Shown here piece by piece: positions 17,881 to 27,421 of a stretch of 64,000 bases of DNA (position 1 is its first letter; each line of letters begins with the position of its first letter). Made by a program: the position numbers and the translations under genes. The notes under the pieces are model-generated. The model was not told the DNA's origin. It saw nothing but the letters and a program-made list of their open reading frames with translations, and searched no databases. Source of the DNA: an uncultured Lachnospiraceae bacterium (GTDB lineage: Bacteria; Bacillota; Clostridia; Lachnospirales; Lachnospiraceae); contig CAJUST010000011.1 in the NCBI GenBank assembly GCA_910589105.1, positions 1 to 64,000 of the forward strand, given 5' to 3'.

Positions 17881-19209
17881 GTGGATACGATGGAACTGAC
17901 ACTGCCGGATAAGGTGAGCTATATTTTAGACACACTCCATTCAGCGGGTTTTGAAGGCTATGCGGTCGGCGGATGCATACGCGACAGTTTGTTAGGCAAA
18001 GAGCCGAAAGACTGGGATATTACGACGTCTGCCACGCCAAAAGAAGTGAAATCCCTTTTTCCGCATACGGTCGATACGGGGATTTCACATGGGACGGTGA
18101 CCGTTTTGTTAGAGCGGGAAGGATTTGAAGTGACGACTTACCGCATCGACGGAAAATACGAAGACTCCCGCCACCCAAAGGAAGTGACGTTTACGCCAAA
18201 CCTTTTGGAAGATTTAAAGCGGCGGGATTTTACAATTAACGCTATGGCATATAATCAGAAAGACGGCCTTGTGGATGCGTTTGACGGAGTGGGAGATTTA
18301 CGGCGGGGCTTGATCCGGTGCGTAGGAGATGCAAAACAAAGGTTCAAAGAAGATGCGCTCCGCTTGATGCGGGCTGTCCGCTTTGCGGCGCAGCTTGGAT
18401 TTTCCATAGAGCGGGAAACGTATGCGGCAATTTGTGAAATGGCGGGGGACTTACGGCGCATCAGTGTGGAAAGGATTGCGGCGGAGCTTGTAGGGCTGTT
18501 GGTTTCAGATTATCCGGAAAAAATACGCGCATTGTATGAGTCAGGCATTACAAGCGTCATATTGCCGGAATTTGACGCGATGATGCAGACGGAACAAAAG
18601 AACCCGCATCATCTCTATACGGTGGGGGAGCATACCATTGCCGCTTTAAGTTTCGTGGAAAAGGATAAGATCTTAAGGCTGGCTGTTTTACTGCATGACG
18701 TGGCGAAGCCGCTCTGTGAAACTGTGGACGAAGAAGGCGTTTCCCATTTTCATGGCCATCCGGAGTTAGGCGGGGAGATGGCGAAACGGATACTGCGCCG
18801 TCTGAAATTTGACAACTGTTCAATTCAAAGCATTTGCCGCCTTGTGTCGGCGCATGACGACAATCCGCCTTTAACGGAAAGAAGCGTCCGGCGTGTCATT
18901 ATGCGGATTGGGACAGATGCGTTTCCGGCGCTGTTTGCGTTAAAACGGGCGGACATTCTGGCGCAGAGCAATTATCAGAGACAGGAAAAACTAGAGTATT
19001 TGGACGGCTTTCAAATGTATTACAGAAAGATAATCGAAGCGAAAGACTGTTTAACGTTAAAAGAACTTGCAGTAAGCGGAAGCGACTTAATTCAGGCGGG
19101 CATGGCGGAAGGGCCGGCATTAGGGGAAACCTTAAAGGAACTTTTGGAACTTGTTATAGACGACCCAAAGAAGAATACGAAAGAATATCTTTTGGAGCAA
19201 GTCAAATAG
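17881..19209 (+). CDS. cca: CCA tRNA nucleotidyltransferase (poly(A) polymerase head domain + HD domain)
   Basis: GYAVGGCIRDSLLGKEPKDWDITTSATPKEV is the nucleotidyltransferase motif. An HD motif (LLHDVAKP) follows downstream. The start is GTG at 17881 or ATG at 17890. Confidence 0.85.
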   Translation: MDTMELTLPDKVSYILDTLHSAGFEGYAVGGCIRDSLLGKEPKDWDITTSATPKEVKSLFPHTVDTGISHGTVTVLLEREGFEVTTYRIDGKYEDSRHPKEVTFTPNLLEDLKRRDFTINAMAYNQKDGLVDAFDGVGDLRRGLIRCVGDAKQRFKEDALRLMRAVRFAAQLGFSIERETYAAICEMAGDLRRISVERIAAELVGLLVSDYPEKIRALYESGITSVILPEFDAMMQTEQKNPHHLYTVGEHTIAALSFVEKDKILRLAVLLHDVAKPLCETVDEEGVSHFHGHPELGGEMAKRILRRLKFDNCSIQSICRLVSAHDDNPPLTERSVRRVIMRIGTDAFPALFALKRADILAQSNYQRQEKLEYLDGFQMYYRKIIEAKDCLTLKELAVSGSDLIQAGMAEGPALGETLKELLELVIDDPKKNTKEYLLEQVK

Positions 19210-19300
19210 AGCATAAAATCAAAACTCTTTTCATATGTTTAAAAGACACGGATTGTACGGAAATGGTAGATGAAGTGGAATAGAATCATATGGAGGGGTT

Positions 19301-20302
19301 TTGGTGTATAATCGGGAAGAAGAAATTCTGGAACAATATGAAGTGGAAGTCAGAAGCACGGCAAAAGGACGCGGAGCCCTGAACTGTGATACTGACAAAG
19401 GCGCGATGCTTTTACGGGAATTTCGCGGCTCAAAAGAACGGGCGGCTTTTTTATATGATATATTGGAATATTTAAATAAGCAGGGGATTGCCGTAGAGAC
19501 GGCATTTCCTGCAAAAACCGGAGAAATCCTCGTAAAAGATGAGATAAACGATACGTTTTACCTGTTAAAGAACTGGTATCTGGGCAGGGAATGCGACGTG
19601 AAAAACCGGGACGATATTTTAGCCGCTATAAAAAAGCTGGCGCAGTTACATAAACTGACGAAACAATATGAAAAAGAGATTCCGGAATTTTTAAAGGCGG
19701 ATCGATACAGCCTGTTAAATGAATACGAACGCCATAACAGGGAGTTAAATAAGGTTAAAAATTATATCCGCAATAAGAACAAAAAGAATGAATTTGAAAT
19801 GCTGTTTATGAAGGTATATGAAAAGTACCGGACACAGGCAAATGAAGTGACAATACAGCTTAGGAACCAGTTTGGGCGGCTTAGCGAAGACACATTATGC
19901 CAAATGCGGGGGCTTTGCCATGGGGACTATAACCAGCATAATGTAGTGTATTCACAGGGAGAATGGGCGTTAATTAATTTTGAGCAGATGTCTTACGATA
20001 TGCTGGCGCGTGACCTTGCCAATTTTGTCCGTAAAATTCTGGAAAAATACAACTGGAACACAGGGCTTGGCATAGAGCTTATTTCAGCGTATGACAGCGT
20101 AAGGAAGCTTTTGCCGGAGGAATTGGAACAGCTTTATCTGCGGCTTGCGTATCCCAAAAAGTATTGGAAAATCGCCAATCACTACTGTAGTTCCCGAAAA
20201 TCATGGGTTTCTGGGAGAGATATTGAAAAACTGGAAAAAGTAATGGAGCAGGAACCACAGAGAGAACAGTTTTTAAAACTATTGTTTCATTTCACAAATT
20301 AA
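19301..20302 (+). CDS. CotS-family spore coat protein / aminoglycoside-phosphotransferase-like kinase
   Basis: 333 aa, GTG start with RBS ggagggg. The kinase-like core (LCHGDYNQHNVVY) gives a CotS/YtaA-type Brenner motif. Confidence 0.5.
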   Translation: MVYNREEEILEQYEVEVRSTAKGRGALNCDTDKGAMLLREFRGSKERAAFLYDILEYLNKQGIAVETAFPAKTGEILVKDEINDTFYLLKNWYLGRECDVKNRDDILAAIKKLAQLHKLTKQYEKEIPEFLKADRYSLLNEYERHNRELNKVKNYIRNKNKKNEFEMLFMKVYEKYRTQANEVTIQLRNQFGRLSEDTLCQMRGLCHGDYNQHNVVYSQGEWALINFEQMSYDMLARDLANFVRKILEKYNWNTGLGIELISAYDSVRKLLPEELEQLYLRLAYPKKYWKIANHYCSSRKSWVSGRDIEKLEKVMEQEPQREQFLKLLFHFTN

Positions 20303-20319
20303 AAAAAATGTGGTATAAT
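20291..20319 (+). promoter_or_regulatory. Sigma-A-type promoter TTCACA-17-TGgTATAAT (extended -10)
   Basis: Direct consensus match. It sits at the 3' end of the cotS-like gene and drives the downstream lipoprotein gene. Confidence 0.45.
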
Positions 20320-20357
20320 GTTTCGGATAATATGGAATGGATAAATGGAGAGAATCG

Positions 20358-21710
20358 ATGAGGATACGAAAGAATAGTTTTATGATATTGGCGGCAATCT
20401 GTTTTTCCGTGACCGTCTGCGCCTGCGGCAGTTCTTCAGACAGCGGCATAGTTACAAGGCGGAGAGGAACCGGAGCGGACACACAAGCCGTTCTGGAAAC
20501 GGAAACAGCCGATTCTAATGCAGAAGAAACAGCGGAGCTTTATATCTTGACGGGCGTGGATGCCGCGCAAAAAACAGTAGATGTAAAAAAAGCCTCAAAC
20601 GGCAGGGCGGCGCAGTACGCTTACGACACCGGAACGCAGTTTTTGGATAAATATGGAAATACGAAATCTGCGGAATCCTTTTTGTCCGGCGACGCCGTAG
20701 AGCTTCAGATAGAGGAACGAGATCAGCGTCTTACTGCCGTACAGTTGTCGGATCAAGTCTGGGTTCAGGAGAATATTGTGAATTATTCTGTGGATGAGGA
20801 AATCCATGCAGTGACGATTGGGCAGAAGATTTTTTCCTATGAACCGGATATGAAAATATTTTCCGGAGATTCTTCCGTTGAATTTAGAAGTTTAGGGGCA
20901 GAAGATGTGTTACGGGCTGTCGGACAAGATAAAAAAATCCTTTCCCTTGCAGTGACAAAGGGGCATGGGTATCTGGCGCTTTCCAATACAAAGCTGTTTG
21001 AAGGCAGCTTTATCTGCATTGGCGAGAAAATATTTCAGGAAGTTGAAAAGAACATGAAGATTGAAGTCCCGGAAGGCGCCCATCTTGTGACAGTGGCAAA
21101 TAATGGGTATGGCGGGAGCAAGGAAGTCGTTATTGAGAGAAATCAGACGCTTAGCCTAAACCTCGACGAACTAAAAGGAGAAGGGCCGAAACTGTGTAAG
21201 ATTACATTTCGGGTCGGTGTGGAAGGCGCCCTTTTATTTATAGACGGCAAACAGGCCGATTACTCTGCGCCTCTTGAGCTGGCGTACGGGACGCATACGA
21301 TTGCTTTAGAGGCGGAAGGGTATGAAAGGGTAACGAAGAAATTAGTCGTAAATTCGAAAGAGGCGGAAATTGAAATTGCGCTTACGTCGCCTTCAAAAAA
21401 CACATCTTCAGATGAAACCGGCGGAAGCCAGAATAATCAAAACAACAATAATAACCAAAATAATAACAATAATAATCAGAATAACCAAAACAATAACAAT
21501 AATAATCAGAATAACAATAACCAAAACAATAACAATAATAACCAGAACAACAATAACCAGAATAATAACAATGCGGCCCAGCAGCAGGATTATCTGACGA
21601 CATTGTATAATTTATTAACTTCTGCCAATAAAAAGGAAAACGAGAACAGCCAAAACAACAGTAACAGCTCATCATCAGGCAATGGATATGATGATTTGAG
21701 AGATCAATAA
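20358..21710 (+). CDS. Lipoprotein with PEGA domain and C-terminal Asn/Gln low-complexity tract
   Basis: The ATG at 20358 has RBS ggagag and a lipoprotein signal MRIRKNSFMILAAICFSVTVCACGSS. A PEGA-like segment is present (KITFRVGVEGALLFIDGKQADYSAPLELAYGTHTIALEAEGYE). About 50 residues contain only N and Q (NQNNNNNQNNNNNNQNNQ...). Confidence 0.6.
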   Translation: MRIRKNSFMILAAICFSVTVCACGSSSDSGIVTRRRGTGADTQAVLETETADSNAEETAELYILTGVDAAQKTVDVKKASNGRAAQYAYDTGTQFLDKYGNTKSAESFLSGDAVELQIEERDQRLTAVQLSDQVWVQENIVNYSVDEEIHAVTIGQKIFSYEPDMKIFSGDSSVEFRSLGAEDVLRAVGQDKKILSLAVTKGHGYLALSNTKLFEGSFICIGEKIFQEVEKNMKIEVPEGAHLVTVANNGYGGSKEVVIERNQTLSLNLDELKGEGPKLCKITFRVGVEGALLFIDGKQADYSAPLELAYGTHTIALEAEGYERVTKKLVVNSKEAEIEIALTSPSKNTSSDETGGSQNNQNNNNNQNNNNNNQNNQNNNNNNQNNNNQNNNNNNQNNNNQNNNNAAQQQDYLTTLYNLLTSANKKENENSQNNSNSSSSGNGYDDLRDQ

Positions 21711-21731
21711 AATGCAAAGAGGAGGAAGCAG

Positions 21732-23468
21732 ATGAATTACAAAGAAACTTATCAGGAATGGATTACAAATCCGTATTTTGACGAGGAAGTGAAGGCGGAA
21801 TTAAGGGGAATCGCAGAAGACGAGAAAGAAAAGGAAGAAAGATTTTACACGGAACTGGAATTTGGCACAGCAGGGCTCCGCGGCATTATTGGGGCAGGGA
21901 CAAACCGTATGAATGTCTATACGGTTCGGAAAGCGACTCAGGGGCTTGCAAATTATATTAAAAAAGTAAACGCTTCAGATAAAGGCGTGGCAATCGCTTA
22001 CGATTCAAGGCGCATGTCACCGGAATTTGCTGACGAAGCCGCTCTTTGCCTTGCGGCAAACGGCATTAAGGCATATGTGTTTGAATCGCTCCGTCCAACG
22101 CCGGAATTGTCTTATGCAGTCCGTAAATTAAACTGTACGGCAGGCATTAACATTACGGCAAGCCATAATCCGGCAGAATATAACGGCTATAAGGTGTACT
22201 GGGAAGACGGGGCTCAAATTACGCCGCCGCATGATACGGGAATTATGGAGGAAGTAAAAGCCGTTACGGATTACGCATCCGTTTTGACGATGGAGAAAGA
22301 GAAAGCGTTAGAAGAAGGGCTTTATGTCGTAATCGGGGAAGAAATTGACCGTTCTTATATGGAAGAAATTAAAAAGCTTGTTATTCATCAGGAGGCCATT
22401 GACGCTGTGAAAGATGAGTTAAAAATCGTCTATACGCCGCTTCATGGAACCGGAAATATCCCAGTGCGCGCGATTTTAAAGGATTTAGGGTTTCAACATG
22501 TATTTGTCGTAAAAGAGCAGGAACTGCCCGATGGGGATTTCCCAACCGTCGGCTATCCGAATCCGGAAGCGCCTGAAGCGTATGAGCTTGCGCTTGCGCT
22601 TGCAAAAAAAGAAGATGCGGATCTTGTGCTTGCGACTGATCCGGATGCAGACCGTCTCGGCGTTTATGTGAAGGATCAAACGAACGGCGGATACCATATG
22701 CTTACGGGGAACATGTCCGGATGTTTAATTGCGGATTATATTATTGGGCAGACAAAAGCAGTCAAAGGCAGCCTGCCAAAAGACGGCGCATATATCCGCT
22801 CGATTGTGACGACGAATATGGCGGATGCCATTGCAAACTATTATGGAGTGGAGCTGATTGAAGTGCTGACCGGATTTAAGTTTATCGGACAGCAGATTTT
22901 AGAGTTTGAGCGGACAGGAAAAGGGACGTATCTGTTTGGAATGGAAGAAAGCTATGGATGTCTGCCGGGCACATATGCGAGGGACAAAGACGCAGTGGCG
23001 GCGACAATGTTCTTGTGCGAAGCGGCGGCTTTTTATAAAACACAAGGGAAAACCCTTTGGGATGCGATGTCTGATCTTTATGAGAGATACGGCTATTATC
23101 AGGACCATGTCGAATCCATTACGTTAAAGGGAATGGAGGGCTTAGAGAAAATTAAGAATATCTTAAGCTCACTCCGCAAAGATCCTCCGGCTGTAATTGG
23201 AGGGTATGACGCGCTTGCCATCCGTGACTACAGCGAGGGCATAATCACTGATGCGAAGACAAAAGAGACGCGTCCGACCGGACTGCCGAAGTCGAATGTG
23301 TTATATTACGAACTGACAGACGATGCATGGGTATGCGTCCGTCCTTCAGGGACAGAGCCAAAAGTAAAATTTTATATTGGCGTAAAAGGATCATCCATTC
23401 AGGAATCAGAAGAACAGGTAAAAGCATTGGGGGCGGCCATGCTTGAGATGGTAGAAAAGCTGATCTAG
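21732..23468 (+). CDS. Phosphoglucomutase/phosphomannomutase family (alpha-D-phosphohexomutase)
   Basis: RBS agaggagg. The active-site region TASHNPAEYNGYKV (catalytic Ser loop) is present. 578 aa is typical of Firmicute PgcA-type enzymes. Confidence 0.85.
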   Translation: MNYKETYQEWITNPYFDEEVKAELRGIAEDEKEKEERFYTELEFGTAGLRGIIGAGTNRMNVYTVRKATQGLANYIKKVNASDKGVAIAYDSRRMSPEFADEAALCLAANGIKAYVFESLRPTPELSYAVRKLNCTAGINITASHNPAEYNGYKVYWEDGAQITPPHDTGIMEEVKAVTDYASVLTMEKEKALEEGLYVVIGEEIDRSYMEEIKKLVIHQEAIDAVKDELKIVYTPLHGTGNIPVRAILKDLGFQHVFVVKEQELPDGDFPTVGYPNPEAPEAYELALALAKKEDADLVLATDPDADRLGVYVKDQTNGGYHMLTGNMSGCLIADYIIGQTKAVKGSLPKDGAYIRSIVTTNMADAIANYYGVELIEVLTGFKFIGQQILEFERTGKGTYLFGMEESYGCLPGTYARDKDAVAATMFLCEAAAFYKTQGKTLWDAMSDLYERYGYYQDHVESITLKGMEGLEKIKNILSSLRKDPPAVIGGYDALAIRDYSEGIITDAKTKETRPTGLPKSNVLYYELTDDAWVCVRPSGTEPKVKFYIGVKGSSIQESEEQVKALGAAMLEMVEKLI

Positions 23469-23499
23469 TCCGGTAAATCAGAAAAAACAAGACTTTTCC

Positions 23500-23528
23500 T
23501 TGACAAATATAGGTAAAACAAGTATATA
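23500..23528 (+). promoter_or_regulatory. Sigma-A promoter TTGACA-17-TATATA for hup
   Basis: Perfect -35 and a near-consensus -10. The motif atataggtaaaa occurs twice (23508-23521 and 23535-23548). Confidence 0.5.
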
Positions 23529-23584
23529 TATTCATATAGGTAAAAAGAACCTGAATTAATGACAATCCACAGGAGGAATTTTTA

Positions 23585-23860
23585 ATGAACAAGACAGAAT
23601 TAGTTGCAGCTATGGCTGAGCAGACCGGATTATCGAAAAAAGATGCAGAAGCAGCATTGAAGGCATTTACAGATGTTGTAACTGAAGAATTAAAAAAAGG
23701 TGAAAAAATTCAGTTGGTCGGCTTTGGCACGTTTGAAGTATCAGAGCGGGCTGCAAGAATCGGCCGCAATCCGCATACAAAGGAAGAAATATCGATTCCG
23801 GCTTCGAAAGCTCCGAAATTTAAAGCCGGAAAGGCATTAAAAGATATGGTGAACGCATAA
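23585..23860 (+). CDS. hup: DNA-binding protein HU
   Basis: MNKTELVAAMAEQTGLSKKDAEAALKAFTDVVTEELKKGEKIQLVGFGTFEVSERAARIGRNPHTKEEISIPASKAPKFKAGKALKDMV is a full-length HU. Confidence 0.95.
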   Translation: MNKTELVAAMAEQTGLSKKDAEAALKAFTDVVTEELKKGEKIQLVGFGTFEVSERAARIGRNPHTKEEISIPASKAPKFKAGKALKDMVNA

Positions 23861-23882
23861 GTTTGGTTCATTGATAACATTG

Positions 23883-23912
23883 ACAGAGGGCGGCATGCCC
23901 TCTGTATTTTTA
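23883..23912 (+). terminator. Rho-independent terminator after hup
   Basis: Stem acagagggc / gccctctgt, loop ggcat, then ATTTTTAT. Confidence 0.7.
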
Positions 23913-23935
23913 TCTAAGGAATAGGAGAAAGAAAG

Positions 23936-24175
23936 ATGAGACTTGACAAATTTTTAAAAGTATCCCGTTTAATCAAACGCCGCACAGTTGCAAATGAAGC
24001 GTGTGACGCTGGAAGGGTTTCTGTAAACGGCAAGCCGGCGAAAGCTTCCGTAAAGGTGAAAGTTGGGGATATTATAGAAATCGCGTTTGGGCAGAAAACA
24101 GTAAAAGCCGAAGTCCTTTCGCTTTTAGAATCCGTTAGAAAAGAAGATGCAAAAGAAATGTTCCGGTATTTATAA
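23936..24175 (+). CDS. yabO: S4-domain RNA-binding protein (YabO/Hsp15-like)
   Basis: MRLDKFLKVSRLIKRRTVANEACDAGRVSVNGKPAKAS is an S4 domain. It sits upstream of yabP-yabQ-divIC, as in Bacillus. Confidence 0.75.
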   Translation: MRLDKFLKVSRLIKRRTVANEACDAGRVSVNGKPAKASVKVKVGDIIEIAFGQKTVKAEVLSLLESVRKEDAKEMFRYL

Positions 24176-24257
24176 GCAAATGCCCATCCGTGGCATAAAT
24201 GTAAACGCCTCCTAATATAATTAAAAGAACAGACAACCATTCTGGCAGGAGGTAGGT

Positions 24258-24542
24258 ATGGAAGAAAAGACAGGAAATAAATCACACAAGGTTCTGCTTA
24301 ATAACCGTAAGACGGGAAATTTCAGCGGGGTGGTAGACGTGCTTTCTTTTGACGTTGCTGAAATCCTTTTAGAAACGGAACAGGGGATGCTTTTAATTAA
24401 GGGGAATGACCTTCATGTAAACCGCTTAAGTTTAGAAAAAGGGGAAGTGGACATTGAAGGCCGAATTGATTCCTTAGCCTATTCTGAAGTAAAAGATTAC
24501 GGGAAACAGGCAGAATCTTTTTTTGGGCGGTTATTTAAATGA
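24258..24542 (+). CDS. yabP: Sporulation protein YabP
   Basis: HKVLLNNRKTGNFSGVVDVLSFDVAEILLETEQGMLLIKGNDLHVNRLSLEKGEVDIEGRIDSLAYSE matches the YabP family. Confidence 0.85.
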   Translation: MEEKTGNKSHKVLLNNRKTGNFSGVVDVLSFDVAEILLETEQGMLLIKGNDLHVNRLSLEKGEVDIEGRIDSLAYSEVKDYGKQAESFFGRLFK

Positions 24543-24985
24543 GCGGCGCAGTCAGCGAAACGATTGCGGGGGAAGGCAGTTTATTGTTGGCTTCCGTATT
24601 GTTTGGCGCAGGGCTTATGATGCTTTATGACATGCTTCGCATATTCCGTCATCTGTTAAAGCATAAAACAGCGTTTTTGGCGGTAGAGGACGTCATTTAT
24701 TGGCTTATCTGCGCGGTTGGGATTTTTGCCCTGCTTTATGAGGAAAACGGCGGGCTTTTGCGCTGGTTTGTCATAGGAGGCGCCGCGGCTGGGATGCTTT
24801 TGGAAAATAAACTGCTTAGTCCGTTTATTGTCCGTTTTTTTGTGTGGATTTTAAAGAAATGGATTAAACTAATCCGTAAGATAGTTTCAGTTTTTACAAA
24901 GCCGGCAAAAAAAGTTTCCTTATTTTTTAAAAAAGAATTGAAAAAAATCCGAAAAGCGTTTAAGATAGGAATCAGCAAGCAATAA
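24539..24985 (+). CDS. yabQ: Spore cortex biosynthesis membrane protein YabQ
   Basis: The start overlaps the yabP stop (ATGA). A small membrane protein with a basic C-terminus, in the syntenic position. Confidence 0.7.
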   Translation: MSGAVSETIAGEGSLLLASVLFGAGLMMLYDMLRIFRHLLKHKTAFLAVEDVIYWLICAVGIFALLYEENGGLLRWFVIGGAAAGMLLENKLLSPFIVRFFVWILKKWIKLIRKIVSVFTKPAKKVSLFFKKELKKIRKAFKIGISKQ

Positions 24986-25017
24986 AGTAATGCAATAGCA
25001 GTTAAGAGGTAGTTTCT

Positions 25018-25308
25018 ATGCGCAGAAATCGAAAAAAGAATAAGCAGGCGGGACGGGCAAGCATTGCCTATATCGTGATTTTTCTACTGCTCGTGATGTC
25101 AGTCCAGATTTTCAGGGTGTATCAGAAAGACATGGAATATATTGCGAGGGAAGCGGAATTAAGAGCACAGTTAGAGGAGGAGAAAAATCGGGAGAAAAAG
25201 ATTTCTGATTACAAGGAGTACATGGGAAGCAAAGAATACATAGAAGATACAGCCAAAAGTAAATTAGGCCTCGTTTATGAAAATGAGATTATTTTTAAAG
25301 AACGCTAG
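25018..25308 (+). CDS. divIC: Septum formation initiator (DivIC/FtsB family)
   Basis: N-terminal TM anchor followed by a coiled coil (EAELRAQLEEEKNREKK) and C-terminal KSKLGLVYENEII, as in FtsB/DivIC. Confidence 0.8.
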   Translation: MRRNRKKNKQAGRASIAYIVIFLLLVMSVQIFRVYQKDMEYIAREAELRAQLEEEKNREKKISDYKEYMGSKEYIEDTAKSKLGLVYENEIIFKER

Positions 25309-25329
25309 GAGAAGATATTAAAAAGGATA

Positions 25330-25364
25330 AATGCCCTCGAATCTACATTTCGAGGGCATTTTTG
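25330..25364 (+). terminator. Rho-independent terminator after divIC
   Basis: Stem aatgccctcgaa / ttcgagggcatt (12 bp), 7-nt loop, then TTTTGG. Confidence 0.7.
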
Positions 25365-25473
25365 GCGAAAAGTTTTTAGAACGGCCCCGACCGTTTGACA
25401 AACATTTCAAGCGTCCATGCGTATAATGCCACTTAGTTTCAGGAAAAAAATGGAATACAGGAGGATTATAGGT

Positions 25474-27321
25474 ATGGACATGAAACGAACAGGATGGAAA
25501 CAGTTGGCGCTTAGTGTTGCGGGGGCTTTTGTCTGCCGTATATCAGTTATGGGATGTTACCCGCTTGTACCGGCATTTTTTGCGGCCGTCTATTTAGAGG
25601 AACAGGGGCGGTGGCTTTTGTCCGTGGGTATGTTAGCGGGAATGGCGGCATTTCTTCCTATTTCGGTGATTGCAAAGTATGCGATGTCCCTGTTGGTCAT
25701 CACGATCGCTGTGCGTATGTCAGAATGGGTGGAAAAGCGCTGTTATGCCGTTGTTGCGGCGATTGCCGCATCGGGCGGGACGCTTGCGCTCTCGGTGTTT
25801 GGCGGAATATTTGACATTCGCAACAGGGTCACAATGGCGGCGGCGGTATTTGAAGCGTTGTTTATTTTTGGCTTTACGATATTAGCGGCGCGGGGCGCGC
25901 ATTTATTTTTAGAAGAAAAAGAACCTGTTTTTCATACGGGACGCCCCAAAGAGGGGTATCAGGAACAAAGGCTTCGGAATTATGCGAAAAGTTTTGAAGG
26001 TTTGTCAAAGACATTTTTGTCTATGGAGCGGCGGACGGATATGGATGCAGAGGATATGGGGCAGATTCAGCAGGAAATCACCGGACGCATTTGCAGTGGA
26101 TGTGATACCTGCGCAGTCTGCTGGGAGCCTGCAAATGATACGATGTACCGTCTTTTTGGCAGGCTGACGGAAAGCCTTTGGAAAAATGGGGAAGCGGACG
26201 AAGAAACGAAACAGGAATTGGAACGGCGCTGCCATTACGCCGCGCATGTGGAGTGGGAAGCGGCGGCAGTGTTTGAGCAGGCAAGGGCAAATAAAGCATG
26301 GTATAACCGGTTATTGGAGAATCGGGAGGTGATAGCCCAGCAGCTAGATGCAATGGCGTTTATTATGCAGGACTGTGTCCATGAAGCAAAACTTTTAGAT
26401 CAGGAAGAAAAACGCAAAATTTCAGAAATCCGGTACCGCGCAAGGGAACATGGCATTGCGATAGAGGAAATCCATTTGTACCGGAAAAACGACGGGCATA
26501 TTCAGGCTTTTGTAACGGCTCGTTCCCGCTGGGGAAACAGTATTGCGATGAAAGAGCTGACAAAAGCGGTGGCTTTGCCGCTTGATTTGAATATGAAACC
26601 GCATAAGGACACGAAAACATTTATCGGAAAGGATCTGATGGAAGTCGTATTTGAAGAAATGCCGCTGTTTCATGCTGTGCATGGGGTGGCGCGTATGGTA
26701 AAAGACGGGGCGAAAGTTTCGGGCGATAATTTTTCATGTTTGGAAAAAGAGGACGGGGAGCTGGTGCTTTCCCTTTCCGACGGAATGGGGTTTGGCGCGC
26801 GGGCATGTAAAGAGAGCGAACTTGTCGTTGATTTGCTGGAACGGTTTATTGAGGCGGGATTTACGAAAGATACGGCAATCCGTATGTTAAATTCTGCAAT
26901 GGTGATCCATGGGGAGGACGATAATTATTCGACGGTGGATATTTCATCAGTCAACCTCTATACGGGAGAGACGTCTTTTTATAAAATAGGCGCGTCGGCT
27001 ACATTTATCCGCCATAGGGACGGAGGCGTGGAGTGCCTTTTGTCCACGTCGCTTCCGGTCGGCGTTAGTTTTGAAATAGAGATTGAACAGGCGAAAAAGC
27101 GGCTTTGTGACGGGGATTTCCTTGTAATGATTACGGACGGTGTGTTAGAATATCTGCATACGGAAAAACCGGAAGAAACAATGGAAGGGATTATATCGGA
27201 CATAAAGACCAATCACCCGGCGCTTCTGGCAAAAAAGATTTTAGATAAAGTGATGGATTACACAGGCGGCGAGGTAAGGGACGACATGACAGTGCTTGCG
27301 GCGGCGATCTGGGAAAATTGA
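25474..27321 (+). CDS. spoIIE: Stage II sporulation protein E (membrane PP2C phosphatase), compact form
   Basis: The ATG at 25474 has RBS aggagg (ORF track from 25417). An N-terminal polytopic membrane region is followed by a central regulatory region and a C-terminal PP2C domain (GDNFSCLEKEDGELVLSLSDGMGFGARA...MITDGVLE). It sits in the syntenic position before tilS-hpt-ftsH. Confidence 0.8.
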   Translation: MDMKRTGWKQLALSVAGAFVCRISVMGCYPLVPAFFAAVYLEEQGRWLLSVGMLAGMAAFLPISVIAKYAMSLLVITIAVRMSEWVEKRCYAVVAAIAASGGTLALSVFGGIFDIRNRVTMAAAVFEALFIFGFTILAARGAHLFLEEKEPVFHTGRPKEGYQEQRLRNYAKSFEGLSKTFLSMERRTDMDAEDMGQIQQEITGRICSGCDTCAVCWEPANDTMYRLFGRLTESLWKNGEADEETKQELERRCHYAAHVEWEAAAVFEQARANKAWYNRLLENREVIAQQLDAMAFIMQDCVHEAKLLDQEEKRKISEIRYRAREHGIAIEEIHLYRKNDGHIQAFVTARSRWGNSIAMKELTKAVALPLDLNMKPHKDTKTFIGKDLMEVVFEEMPLFHAVHGVARMVKDGAKVSGDNFSCLEKEDGELVLSLSDGMGFGARACKESELVVDLLERFIEAGFTKDTAIRMLNSAMVIHGEDDNYSTVDISSVNLYTGETSFYKIGASATFIRHRDGGVECLLSTSLPVGVSFEIEIEQAKKRLCDGDFLVMITDGVLEYLHTEKPEETMEGIISDIKTNHPALLAKKILDKVMDYTGGEVRDDMTVLAAAIWEN

Positions 27322-27421
27322 AAAAAGAAAATTGGCAAGGGAAAACAGCCAGATGCAAACGCGGGACGGCGGGGGAAAATTGACAAAAGAATGGGACGGT
27401 TAAAAACCGGAAAAGGGAAAA

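Noticed and set aside
21370-21717. ORFs 21370..21597 (+) and 21382..21717 (-) with ITIIIRITKT / YYCYCFGY low-complexity peptides
   Set aside because: They are alternative-frame translations of the Asn/Gln-coding AAT/AAC/CAA repeat in the lipoprotein gene. They are shadow ORFs.
25554-26806. Numerous small ORFs on both strands within spoIIE
   Set aside because: They are embedded in a well-supported, syntenic spoIIE reading frame. There are no start signals.
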